A stretch of DNA of 47,584 nt, filler included, from Sphacelaria rigidula (taxonomy: Eukaryota), in the NCBI GenBank assembly GCA_964200075.2. It is 2 parts of 2 records of this genome, joined end to end, with 100 filler letters (N's around TTAATTAATTAA, not from the genome) between each part and the next. Parts side by side here need not be neighbours in the genome. Positions count along the whole stretch, not along the records: positions 1 to 23,750 come from CAXNAA020000247.1; 1 more part is not named here. One strand, 5' to 3'. Made by a program: the position numbers and the translations under genes. Below the pieces are notes generated by a model, which had not been told where the DNA came from, searched no databases, and was given only the letters and a program-made list of their open reading frames with translations. Positions 1 to 10,178 of this stretch are shown here, in pieces. Within the stretch, counting starts at the first letter, position 1. Every line of letters starts with the position of its first letter.

Positions 1-43
1 CAAATACCCCCCCCCCCCTATCGTAGGACGACTCTGAACGATC

Positions 44-1165
44 TCAAGCCATGTCACAGGAGCAGATAGATTCACCCTGAGCATCGCAAGCCCCAAGCTT
101 GCTTTGCTCACTCTCATCACGAAGATAACACCCCCTTGCAGCGGTGAGCATGCAAGGTGTGTCCCCAATCACGCTCCGGTCCGGCGGCCACAAGCAACCT
201 GAACCTTTGCCGTTCAGCGCTAGCTCATCGGAGCAAATTGGCTTCGCGCTTCCAACGGCACGGGCGGCAGCGGTTGGATCGAATAGTCCCGCTTCAGCCA
301 CCGCCTCCTGCTCAGCGCACTCCTGAACGGCGACAGCGGCAGCTGAGCTGCCTGCAGTCCGCTCGAGCTGCGTGGCAAATACCAGCGATGGCTGCGTGAC
401 TTGTTCGCCCTCTCCAACAGCAATACCAGCAGCATCTAAACCAATGCTTACCGTGGTACTGTTGGCGGGCGCGTACTCATGCCTACCCGTTTTGACAGAC
501 ACGTGCTGCGTCTCCTTCCCGCTCTGCACAGTGAAAACAGCTGCCCTGTTTCGTGGTTTAAGACGCGCCCTACCGACTGCACGTTTGGCGGGTTCACTGT
601 CGCGCCTATCCCCTCGGGCAGACACATGCTTCTCGGCTTTCACAGTGCAAGCATCTGCCCTGTATCGTTGTTTCAAACGCGCAGCACCTACTGCACGTTC
701 GGCGGGTGCACTGTCGTGTCTGTCCCCTCGGGCAGATACATGCTTCTCGGTTGTCACAGTGCAATCAGCCCCACCAGACGGCGCATGCTTGCGCAACGTG
801 AAAAGCAACTGCTCGTTCTCAACATCATTATCATGCTTCAAGAACGTGTCACACAGACACATAGCGATATGTTTCGGCATGAGCTCAGAACCTGCTGCCA
901 CATCAAAGAGATTTGTCCACCGCGCTTTCACCTGATGTACATCTCGCAAATACTGCTCGTATTTGCGTAAACACTCGGCCGATTTCTCGCTCGAAAACTT
1001 GCGGCCGTAGTACGGCATCTCCAGCGCCAGTACAGGAACAACACGACCATAGACGGTGACATATTCCCGCACCTCATCATGTTGAACAGTTGAACAGGCT
1101 TTGCCGCTGCCTCCACGCTTCTCATCAAGCGCCGAGCCACCACGACATATGCACATAGTGGACAA
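44..1165 (-). CDS. Gag-like protein of a probable LTR retrotransposon (no pol seen)
   Basis: Uninterrupted 373-aa ORF. The N-terminal helical segment (MPYYGRKFSSEKSAECLRKYEQYLR...ELMPKHIAMCLCD...EQLLFTLRKH) resembles Ty3/gypsy capsid regions. Context: PBS-like motif upstream and a G-run 25 nt after the stop. Assignment by resemblance only. Confidence 0.5.
   Translation of the reverse strand: MSTMCICRGGSALDEKRGGSGKACSTVQHDEVREYVTVYGRVVPVLALEMPYYGRKFSSEKSAECLRKYEQYLRDVHQVKARWTNLFDVAAGSELMPKHIAMCLCDTFLKHDNDVENEQLLFTLRKHAPSGGADCTVTTEKHVSARGDRHDSAPAERAVGAARLKQRYRADACTVKAEKHVSARGDRRDSEPAKRAVGRARLKPRNRAAVFTVQSGKETQHVSVKTGRHEYAPANSTTVSIGLDAAGIAVGEGEQVTQPSLVFATQLERTAGSSAAAVAVQECAEQEAVAEAGLFDPTAAARAVGSAKPICSDELALNGKGSGCLWPPDRSVIGDTPCMLTAARGCYLRDESEQSKLGACDAQGESICSCDMA
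495..762 (-). repeat. About 2.3 tandem copies of a 114-bp (38-aa) unit inside the gag-like ORF
   Basis: TVTTEKHVSARGDRHDSAPAERAVGAARLKQRYRADAC / TVKAEKHVSARGDRRDSEPAKRAVGRARLKPRNRAAVF / TVQ...HVS in the translation. Confidence 0.85.
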
Positions 1166-1917
1166 TCACAAAGCAGAACCTCAACAGCTCAACAGCGGTT
1201 TCAGAAAAAACAGCGTTGTTCCTCAATCACAGAAGCAATAACTTTCCACACACCAAGACGCGCTTGGCCACCAAACGACAATGGCCAGAGCGCGTTTTTC
1301 TCACCCAGGTCTCACCACGTGGTGGAAGTCCTTAAACTCCTCTTCTTGAACGCGACTGGCCAACCTCGAACCAGCCCTCTCGCAATTATCCCGTCTCGAG
1401 TGGCAATTGCGCCGCGTTTTTTGGAATGTACACGGGCTCGCCAGCTGTCGATCGACCGCCCGCACCTCATGCACGAGCGATACCACAGCCCGCCCTAGCA
1501 CTGCCTCAGAACCTCCTCGGTTCTACTCCACCAACTCCTCGCGACGTTAACACGCCTTGAGCTGGTCTTGTTTGCTGCAAACTGATCAGGCCTGCAGACT
1601 TCCCTATCTTGCAGTGTCAGCTGCTTTTCAGCGAATCCATCGCCATCAGCGGACTTAATGAACGTTCATTGTACACTTCTGACACTCAAGATCAGATTGC
1701 CATGTGGACTTCTCCCATCACGGGCACATGGACTTCGGCAGCTTTAGCTATTGTATTAACCCTCAGCATAGTACAGGAGAGCAGGACCATAGCCTCTCTA
1801 CACCAGAGTGGCAAAACCAATCCTACTCGTCATGGAGGTCACCATAACGGAGTCCGGCAATCAGACCCGCAACTCCACCTACAAGTGCCCCTAGGTAACA
1901 ATGGTGGCTAGAGTCTA

Positions 1918-2092
1918 CAGCTTGCAACTACACGTTGATATCCTACTCAAGGATATCATGCGCCTCAGTGCCAAGGTACTACAGAAAGCATATTGGGCCT
2001 CGTGGGAGGGCGTTTCGGAACTGAAACGAATCATTCACCGATTGACCGCTTTTCACTCTCAATCGCATCCTCTACTCTCAATCTCACGGAAC
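1918..2092. repeat. Partial copy of the MITE at 46607-46908 (opposite orientation)
   Basis: cttgcaactacacgttgatatcctactcaaggatatca...cactctcaatcgcatcctctactctcaatctcacg aligns to the reverse complement of about 46620-46789. Confidence 0.85.
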
Positions 2093-2715
2093 CTTCGTTT
2101 ACAATAGCCACATTGCCTGCTGCCAGACTGTCAGGACATTGGATCCATGAGCACTGCTACTGTCTGTACGGGGATGCCCCCCTTGTCCGATACGTGGGGA
2201 AGGGTCCGTGGCGCAGTGGTCGCGTCAAGCAGCTGAACGCTGGGCGTTCTCACTCAATACTTCGATTCGGAGAATGATAGTAGATGGGGAGCGGCAACTG
2301 CTGTGTGTCCAGGTGCCCCTTGGAGCAAGACGCGTTTGATTTCTGTATGACAGTATTTCCGCGAAAAATAAAATCAATAGGGATTTGAGACTGGGAAGTC
2401 TAGAATAACAAAGTCGCCAAATTCGCGTCGCAAAAAAACCGTTAGTCGAATAGTTTACCCGCAGCAGAAACCAAATTTACTTCGTGAAATTGGTACAGAG
2501 CACTGAAGCAAACGAAAAACAAGGTTGCGGCGCAGGTATCACCATGGTCACACAAGAACAGCTCCACCCTGTCGCAACGACACGCACGAAAACGGGGGCT
2601 GCGACGGCGCATTTGAAAATGCCGCAAAACTCTCCAGGAAACACTGGCGCTGAGCTACTGATCGGCGTGCAACGAGCATGTCATAATCACCAACTCGCGT
2701 TCGTGTTGAAAAACC

Positions 2716-5700
2716 TCACGCAAGGGGGGGGGATGGAGCCGAAACTGACAGCTCCATTTTCATGCTTTCCTCTTCACCAAAAGACAACCCTGAAAAAGTA
2801 TCCACCGCAGCATCTTCTGCCCGAAGGTGTTCACCAACCATCGATGGCGTCCTGCAAATACGCTTCTTCACCCTTCCATCACAAGTATCGCTGGAGTTAC
2901 TGCCAATCCTGATGCTCCCACCTTCATCAGAGGAGGTAGGGACGTCAACCCTCCTCCGCAAGTTCTGCCTGGAACACTGAAGGGCAGGAAACCCTTCCAA
3001 TTTCACCCTCGTGTGCGGCCTTGTCCCCAGAGATCCGCCTTCGGCACCCTCGGCAGGCTGCGACGGCGCGGTACCAACAAGTTCGGAACTCAGGAGCAAA
3101 ACAGGGCAAAAGCCAACATCACCCGCACCACCCCCGTGACTGATGGAATGACTTGGTTGTCCGTCCTTGGTGAAATGTTTATTGAAGATGTCTCCACACT
3201 GCCCTCGCGTGGTTGCTCGAGATACGACATGTTGGCAAATGTTACCCCGTTCGACATCAACACGGCACACACGCCGGTTCGAGCAGCCCTCATTACCGTA
3301 CTTGATGCTCGTTACATCGACCATCCCCACCCCGGCGTGGTCGGTACAGACCTCCGCCGACCGGCTTCCCCCTACATACGATGGGTGCTTCGAGCAGCCC
3401 TCGTTACCGCACTTCTTGTCCTTCACATCGATCATCCCCACCCTCGCGTGGTCAGCGCAGAACTCCGCCAACCGGCTTCCCGATACAGCATACGATGGAT
3501 GTTTGGAGCACCCCTCGTTGCCGCACTTCTTCCTCACGACATTGACCGTTCCTACCCCCGCGTGGTCGGCACAGACCTCCGCCAAGCGACTTCCCACTAC
3601 ACCATACGATGGTCGTTTGGAGCACCCCTCGTTGCCGCACTTCTTCCTCACGACATTGACCATTCCCACCGACGCGTGCTTGGCACAGAACTCCGCCAAC
3701 CGACTACCCGCTACACCATACGATGGATGTTTGGAGCAGCCCTCGTTGCCGCACTTCTTATTCACGACATTGACCGTTCCCACCTCCGCATGCTCAGCAC
3801 AGAATTCCGCCAAGCGACTTCCCGCTACACCATACGATGCTTGTTTGGAGCAGCCCTCGTTGACGCACTTCTTCTTCACGACATTGACCATCCCCACCCT
3901 CGCGTGATCAGCACAGAACTCCGCCAACCGACTTCCCGCTACATTATACAATGATTGTTTGGAGTAGCCCTCGTTCCCGCACTTCTTCCTCACGACGTTG
4001 ACCATTCCCACCCTCGCGTGATCGGCACAGAACTCCGCCAACCGACTTCCCGCTATACCGAACGATGGTTGTTTGGAGCAGCCCTCGCTGCCGCACTCCT
4101 TCCTCACAACATCAATCATCCCTTCGATGGCGTGATCAGCACAGAACTCTGCCAACGTGCTTCCCGCTTCACCATAAGATGATCGCTTGGAACAGCCCTC
4201 GTTGCCGCACTTCTTGTTCAACACATCCATCATCCGGGACCCGGCGTGGTCGGCACATAACCTCGCCTTCGAACTCCCCGCTACACCGTGAGATGGTCGT
4301 CTGGAGCAGCCCTCCTTACCGCACTTCTTGCTTTTCACATCGATCATCCCGGACCTCGCGTGGTCGGCACAGAACCCCGTCTTCCGGCTTCCCGCTTCAC
4401 CATACGATGGTTGTTTGGAGCAGCCCTCGTTGCCGCATTTTTTGCTTCTCACATCGACCATTCCCACTCTCGCGTGCTCGGCACAGAACGTCGCCTTTCG
4501 ACTCCCCGCTACACCGAAAAATGGTTGTTTGGAGCAGTCCTCGCTGCCGCACTTCTTGCTTTTCAAATCTATCATCCCCACCTCCGCGTGCCCGGCACAG
4601 AACTCCGCCGTTCGGCTTCCCGCTAGACCATACGATGGGATTTTGGGGCAGCCCTTGCTATCGCAGTTCTTCCTCAGAACGTTGATCATTTCCGCCTTCG
4701 CGTGCTCGGCACAGAACTTCGCCAACTGGCTCCCCGCTACACCATACGATGGCTTCTTCGAGCAGCCCTTGCTGCTGCACCTCTTGCTCTTTACATGGAT
4801 CATCCCCGCCTTCGCGTGCACGGCACAGAACTCCGCGGACCGGCTCCCCACCACACGGTACGATGAGATCTTGGAGCAGTCCTCGTTGCCGCACTTCTTG
4901 CTTTTCAGATCGACCATCCCCACCTCCGCGTGCCCGGCACAGAACTCCGCCTTTCGGCTTCCCGCTACACCATACGATGGGATTTTGGGGCAGCCCTTGC
5001 TGTCGCACCTCTTGCTCACTACATTAGCCATCCCTTCTCTCGCGTGCACGGCACAGAACTCCGCCTTTCGGCTTCCCGCTACACCATATGATGGTTGTTT
5101 GGAGCACCCCTCATTGCCGCAGTTCTTCCTCAGGACATTGACCATTCCCGCCCTCGCGTGCTCGGCACAGAACTCCGCCTTCCGCCTTCCCGCTACACCA
5201 TACCATGGCATCTTCGAGCAACCCTTGCTGCTGCACCTCTTGCTCTTTACATGAATCATCCCCGCCTCCGCGTGCACGGCACAGAACTTCGCGGACCGGC
5301 TCCCCGCCACACCGTACGATGGCTGTTTGGAGCAGTCCTCGCTGCCGCACTTCTTGCTTTTCAGATCGACCATCCCCACCTCCGCGTGCCCAGCACAGAA
5401 CTCCGCCTTTCGGCTTCCCGCTACACCATACGATGGTTGTTTGGAGCACCCCTCATTGCCGCAGTTCTTCCTCGGGACACTGACCATTCCCGCCCTCGCG
5501 TGCTCGGCACAGAACTCCGCCAACCGGCTGCCCGTCACACCATGCGATGGAATTTTCGAGCATCCCTCGTTGCCGCACTTCTTGCTCACGAGATTGACCA
5601 TTCTCACCCTCGCGTGATCGGCACAGAGCTCCGCCAACCGACTTCCCGCAATACCATGCGACGAGATTTTGGAGCAGCCCTCACTGCCGCACTCGTTCCT

Positions 5701-5781
5701 TACTACATCGATCATCCCTTCCCTAGCGTGATCAGCATAAACCTCCGCCAACCGGCTTCCAGCTCCACCGTGCGACGGCAT
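2716..5781 (-). CDS. EsV-1-7 repeat family protein (cysteine-rich tandem repeat, putative Zn-binding), main open segment
   Basis: 1021-aa ORF with 21 complete 38-aa units (one is 37 aa), consensus CGNEGCSKQPSYGVAGSRLAEFCAxHAxxGMVxVxxKK, plus partial units and a non-repetitive C-tail. Matches the EsV-1-7 repeat known from Ectocarpus and its virus. The ATG at 5781 lies inside a repeat, so it is probably not the ancestral start. Confidence 0.9.
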   Translation of the reverse strand: MPSHGGAGSRLAEVYADHAREGMIDVVRNECGSEGCSKISSHGIAGSRLAELCADHARVRMVNLVSKKCGNEGCSKIPSHGVTGSRLAEFCAEHARAGMVSVPRKNCGNEGCSKQPSYGVAGSRKAEFCAGHAEVGMVDLKSKKCGSEDCSKQPSYGVAGSRSAKFCAVHAEAGMIHVKSKRCSSKGCSKMPWYGVAGRRKAEFCAEHARAGMVNVLRKNCGNEGCSKQPSYGVAGSRKAEFCAVHAREGMANVVSKRCDSKGCPKIPSYGVAGSRKAEFCAGHAEVGMVDLKSKKCGNEDCSKISSYRVVGSRSAEFCAVHAKAGMIHVKSKRCSSKGCSKKPSYGVAGSQLAKFCAEHAKAEMINVLRKNCDSKGCPKIPSYGLAGSRTAEFCAGHAEVGMIDLKSKKCGSEDCSKQPFFGVAGSRKATFCAEHARVGMVDVRSKKCGNEGCSKQPSYGEAGSRKTGFCADHARSGMIDVKSKKCGKEGCSRRPSHGVAGSSKARLCADHAGSRMMDVLNKKCGNEGCSKRSSYGEAGSTLAEFCADHAIEGMIDVVRKECGSEGCSKQPSFGIAGSRLAEFCADHARVGMVNVVRKKCGNEGYSKQSLYNVAGSRLAEFCADHARVGMVNVVKKKCVNEGCSKQASYGVAGSRLAEFCAEHAEVGTVNVVNKKCGNEGCSKHPSYGVAGSRLAEFCAKHASVGMVNVVRKKCGNEGCSKRPSYGVVGSRLAEVCADHAGVGTVNVVRKKCGNEGCSKHPSYAVSGSRLAEFCADHARVGMIDVKDKKCGNEGCSKHPSYVGGSRSAEVCTDHAGVGMVDVTSIKYGNEGCSNRRVCRVDVERGNICQHVVSRATTRGQCGDIFNKHFTKDGQPSHSISHGGGAGDVGFCPVLLLSSELVGTAPSQPAEGAEGGSLGTRPHTRVKLEGFPALQCSRQNLRRRVDVPTSSDEGGSIRIGSNSSDTCDGRVKKRICRTPSMVGEHLRAEDAAVDTFSGLSFGEEESMKMELSVSAPSPPLA

Positions 5782-6140
5782 CTTCGAGCAGCTCTCGTTT
5801 GCCGCACTTCTTCCCCACTACGTTGGCCACCGCTACTCTCATGTGCTCGGCACAGAACTCCGCCAACCGGCTTCCCGCTACACCATACGATGTCTGTTTG
5901 GAGCAGCCCTCGTTGCCGCACTTTTTGCTCAACACATCGATCATCCCGGACCTGGCGTGCTCGGCACAGAACTCCGCCTTCCGACTTCCCGCTACACCGT
6001 TAGATGGTTGATGGAGCAGCCCTCGTTGCCGCACCTTCTGCGCGCCAGACTGACAATCCCCCCCTCTGCGTGGTCGGCACAGAACCCCGCCTTCCGGCTT
6101 CCCGCTACACCGTACGGTTGTTGTTTCGAGATACCGTCGT
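3270..6140 (-). repeat. 114-bp coding tandem array (about 25 units)
   Basis: Motifs ggagcagccctcgttgccgcac and ggcacagaactccgcc recur every 114 bp. Confidence 0.95.
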
Positions 6141-6377
6141 TACTAGTTCTCTTTGTTTACTTCATATGCCATGGGCAGCTCCACGACGTTGACGCCCGTC
6201 ATGCGATTTGGTCGTCGTTTCAAGCAGCCCTTCTGGGCGCACTGCCAAGCTAGCTTCGCCGCCACGTCGGCAAAACGAGAGGCTCTAGCGCACACATTCG
6301 GCCATTTCGGCCGCTTCTGGCAGTCCCACTGTCAAATGGCCGAACAAGAGGGGCAGGCTGTCGCTCCTGGTGCTGCC
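5782..6377 (-). pseudogene. Frameshifted/degenerate 5' portion of the EsV-1-7 gene
   Basis: About 3 further repeat units. One extra base at about 5798 (ctcgtttgcc vs ctcgttgcc) and one missing base at about 6010 (ggttgatggag vs ggttgtttggag). In-frame TAA near 6158. Degenerate units QCAQKGCLKRRP and DCQKRPKW lie upstream. Candidate acceptor tttcag ends at 6378 on the minus strand. Confidence 0.65.
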
Positions 6378-9300
6378 TGAAATTTAGAAACGGATTCAAA
6401 AACCGGGCCAAAGGTTGTCAAGTGTTCGTCAAAAGAGGCATGCAGTCCTTCGAGGGAAATGATCAGTACGGGCGGCTCATATCTTGCGTGGGCTTTCACG
6501 ATGTGATCAGATCGGGTAGGCCTTTGCTCTGTCAGAAGATCCTTTTCCAAAACATGACGTAGTGCTGCCGATTCCTCTAGAGAGCTTTGCAAAACCCTAC
6601 ATAACTCCTCAATTGAGTTCTCTATTGGACTGCGCAGCCCATGCAAGAAACAACACAAACACATGCCATAACACTAGGGCTGAAAATCAGTAGTATGAGA
6701 TGGTATTGATCGCAAAAAGCACCACAGAATGAATATATACGGTTTTCTTGAACTTTGGAAGATTTCGAGCCTCCACAAAAAATTCGTAGCCCACCCTCTG
6801 TCGCTGTCAGTTGTGTCATGCAGAAAGCCTGACAAAGTTGGAATGTATATACTTCACAAATGTCTCTGCCTAACTTTCTCCACTCAACTTCAGCCGATTG
6901 CGCCAATGAAGTGGAATGATTGAGGGGGTGTTGACGTGATCGTCGTAAGTACAATCTTGCCAATATCTGCTCGTTACGTGCTGCCGCTATAGTTGTGCGT
7001 ATTGACGCAACCGGCCGAGGACACCAAGCCTCAAAAGGCAGGCAAGTTTCTCGGTGACTGATGGCCATGAAACCTTTAGTTTCCGCAACACCCATTGGCA
7101 TGCATGTAACGCCCGAGTACGAAAAATCATCGAACAAACACGTGGAACTACACCACAACAACCGGGAGTAAACAACCGAAGTTGATCTTTCCATGAACGA
7201 GTCGGGAATCCTACCGACAACGTACGGAATCCTACTTTACTCTCGCGTCAAGACCAACTATCTTCCATGCAAAAGCTCGAAAGGACGACATACTGGAGGG
7301 AAGGCGATTGAGACGACTGGTTACAACAACAAAGGCAACAGACACTGGCATTCCTGCCTCTCTATACGAGAAGCGAAAGTCAGTGCCTTACTGAATGCTG
7401 GACCTACTCAGCCAACCAAGACTCAACGCAACCAGGAGATACGAGATTGATGGGTAAGCCGGACGCTTCGAAATTTAGGATACTAAAACTACTCGGGTTC
7501 ACTGGTTGAATGGGTAGTAGGTATCGGTGTCTACAGACTCCACACTGTCCATTCCGAAGAAAAGTCGCAAAGTTACGGTATGGCTTGAGCGGTAAAGCCC
7601 ATGCTTGAAGACATAAATTTCGCTGTGGTTATACCTTCTAAAAAGCTCATATCCTGCCTCAACACCGGTACATGACGATCTCGATGAATTCCGGAAGACA
7701 GCTCATAACGAGTGCATGGCTACATACGATGCTCAACAAATACACGATCCTCGACGGAGCAATGATGGACTGAGCGATGTACTCGAAGTTCCCCCATAGT
7801 ATGCCTCAAGGGTTGTTGCTGAGGTTGCGAATGCACATGGCTTCACATGTGCAAGGGAATACATCATATGCAACACCCCCCTTGTGTGTTACGATAAAAC
7901 ACACAACAAACTATGCGATTGGGATACCCCACTGTATGTGGTCGTGTTGGTCTTTGGTCGTTTGGTATGGACTGGAAACCGAGGTGCTGAAGCAATTAAG
8001 CACGCGTCAGCGGCACACTAAAGTAAAGTAAGCTTAGCACCAGCACTTCGGATACATCAGCCCCCGAAAAATGATGCTTCCGGCTACCGAGAAGATCAAC
8101 GCATGATAGCACCCCCGCATTATACCATCTCAGTGCACAGGGCGCGTGGAAAATGCCCGTAAGAGCACATTACACCAGCCCCCAATACGAGACCGGAGGT
8201 GATGGTTCTGAAGCACTTACTTCAGCAAGTCAAGACTTAGCTTCGTATGACCCCGGCGTTTTATTCGCGGTCACTTCGTACGCATGTGGCAACTGTTCAT
8301 TTATTGCTGGTGCCGCATACGGGCCCTCCGTGTTGTTTGATTGCCGCATACAGGCGTTGGCACAAAATAGGCATATTCAAGGTAAACAAAACGTCATCAC
8401 TCGCTATTAACGGTGGAGACTCGAGCAACAGGAATGAAAGCAACAAGTTTGGTAGAAATAGGGCATACGCAATATAGCTTCAAGACCTGCCACCATCACA
8501 TTATTGCAATCCTGTCTGATGAGTTGCTCCCACGTTGACTACATAGTGTTACATGTCTTTGATAACAATGATATCAACGCTGCAGTTCGACCAATTCTTC
8601 TGATGGCATAATGCAAAAGCAGTTCTCCACAGACAGCATTGTTTCAACCTCCCCTCCTCATGCCATATGCTCCCAACTTGCCCTTGGACGGAACAAAATG
8701 GTGAGTAGAACCCAGACCCTCGACTGGTCAGGGGATTGTCGATACAGATCGATGCTTTGCATCGCAGACAGCACCCATGCGGGTCTTGACGTGTGCTCCA
8801 GCTGGGAATATAGAGGCCATGGTGTACGTTGGGTTTGTGCCGACATGAGCTGGACACGAGGTTGCCCCCGAGCAACACGTTTCAGTGTGTACTTCCTCCC
8901 GACTCTGGATATATCGACAGATCGGTTTATCGAGTCAAAAAAGTACACGAAAAAATGGTGATGAGACAACATATGTCGAGCACGAAACAAAGGAGCGGCA
9001 TTATTATGTTATCCTCGCCTAGTGCACACCGCGGGCCGTCGATATAACGTAGCGACAGTACATACTGAGGATGTACCAGGAAAAATACTCAGGAGGTGTG
9101 TCGATGGGTTACACCCAACACACGACTTGAAATTCTCGTCGGCACATTTTGCACCTATGGGCCCACCCGTATATCCCATGCCTAACATACATACTGCGCT
9201 CATTTACATCAAGCTTCCAAGGCACTCACTTACGAACAACGTATTGCGCCAGCAATATATTGCCCATTTCGGGCATGAAACAGTTTGTGCGGTCAATACA

Positions 9301-10178
9301 TATTGCGCTTGTCCGGCATGTCATGTTTTACACAAACGGTATGTGTTGGTGCATCTTCCGAAGGAGTGTGCTGTGCGAATAACATACCTCGAAGTCATAC
9401 GTGGCCGGCTATATGTACGACCGATACGAATTACATCCTGAGATCGGTCTACACGTTGTTTGCTCATCATATACCGACTCGCCTTTGCGGCAGGATATTG
9501 TTCAGTCAATATATATTGTATACCGCAAATGGAATTTTTGTCAGTTATGCCTGTGAATGACGGCCCTAGCGACCATAAATCCGTGGGCAAAAAACAATAA
9601 AAAGAATCGTGGAGGAATAATGAAGACGTCATGAACTGTTGGGACCCGTGCCAAACCTCTGCTGAACCCCTGCTCTAACAGCACACACGCTCCATCCCAA
9701 CTTACATAGGTTTAGTATGGGACAGCTGTAATTGTTTCATCGCCTCGTTCTCGACACGGGAAGCTAACCGGTCTGTGGCACTTCACACCCCCTCGCATAC
9801 AAACGAAACCTAGGAACTACAGGAGCCGATTCGACCAATTCGCCACAGCGGACCCGAGAAGCCCCAAAGCGTTGAAGGAAACGCATTTCAAAGTACATTT
9901 TGGGTTTGATGCAGCAGTTTGCAGAGTGCTGCGGCCTCTGCAGTGCGCGTTCCGGGAAAGCGTTCCTATAGTCGCTAGTTCCGGTGTGTGGGGAGCGCAC
10001 GCATCAAAACTGCAGTCCAATCCTCTGCTTCGTCGCCGAGTTAGCCGCGTTGAAATACGGGCAAAACAACATACTGCGACAAAAGGGGCACAACAACAAC
10101 ACAAGCAGCAGCTTCTATCTTCCTGTTGTCGTAACCCTGTGTACAGGTGTACAGCAACGTTGGTCACAGATTTGTCGT

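Larger units (their letters stand above)
1..1552 (-). mobile_element. Putative non-autonomous gag-only LTR retrotransposon (5' LTR about 1552-1275, PBS about 1273-1262, PPT about 19-7; 3' LTR would lie outside the window)
   Basis: Minus strand reads TGTTAACG at 1552, TGGTGGCCAAG at 1273, the gag-like ORF, then AGGGGGGGGGGGG-TATT-TG at the window edge. The second LTR cannot be seen and the LTR 3' end lacks a clean CA. Confidence 0.4.

Noticed and set aside
495-762. Gag-like repeat has the same 38-aa period as the EsV-1-7 units
   Set aside because: No shared sequence or Cys/His spacing; treated as coincidence.
2827-6003. Long + strand ORFs (375, 246, 308, 302 aa etc.) over the repeat array
   Set aside because: Antisense/alternate-frame shadows of the 114-bp coding repeat; the conserved Cys/His pattern is on the minus strand.
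3270-6140. Possible CRISPR-like array
   Set aside because: Whole units are homologous and codon-phased, with no unique spacers and no cas genes; eukaryotic context.
2716-9650. Integrated phaeovirus (EVE) locus
   Set aside because: Only one EsV-1-7 gene with a splice acceptor and host-like surroundings; no gene-dense viral block or NCLDV core gene recognised.
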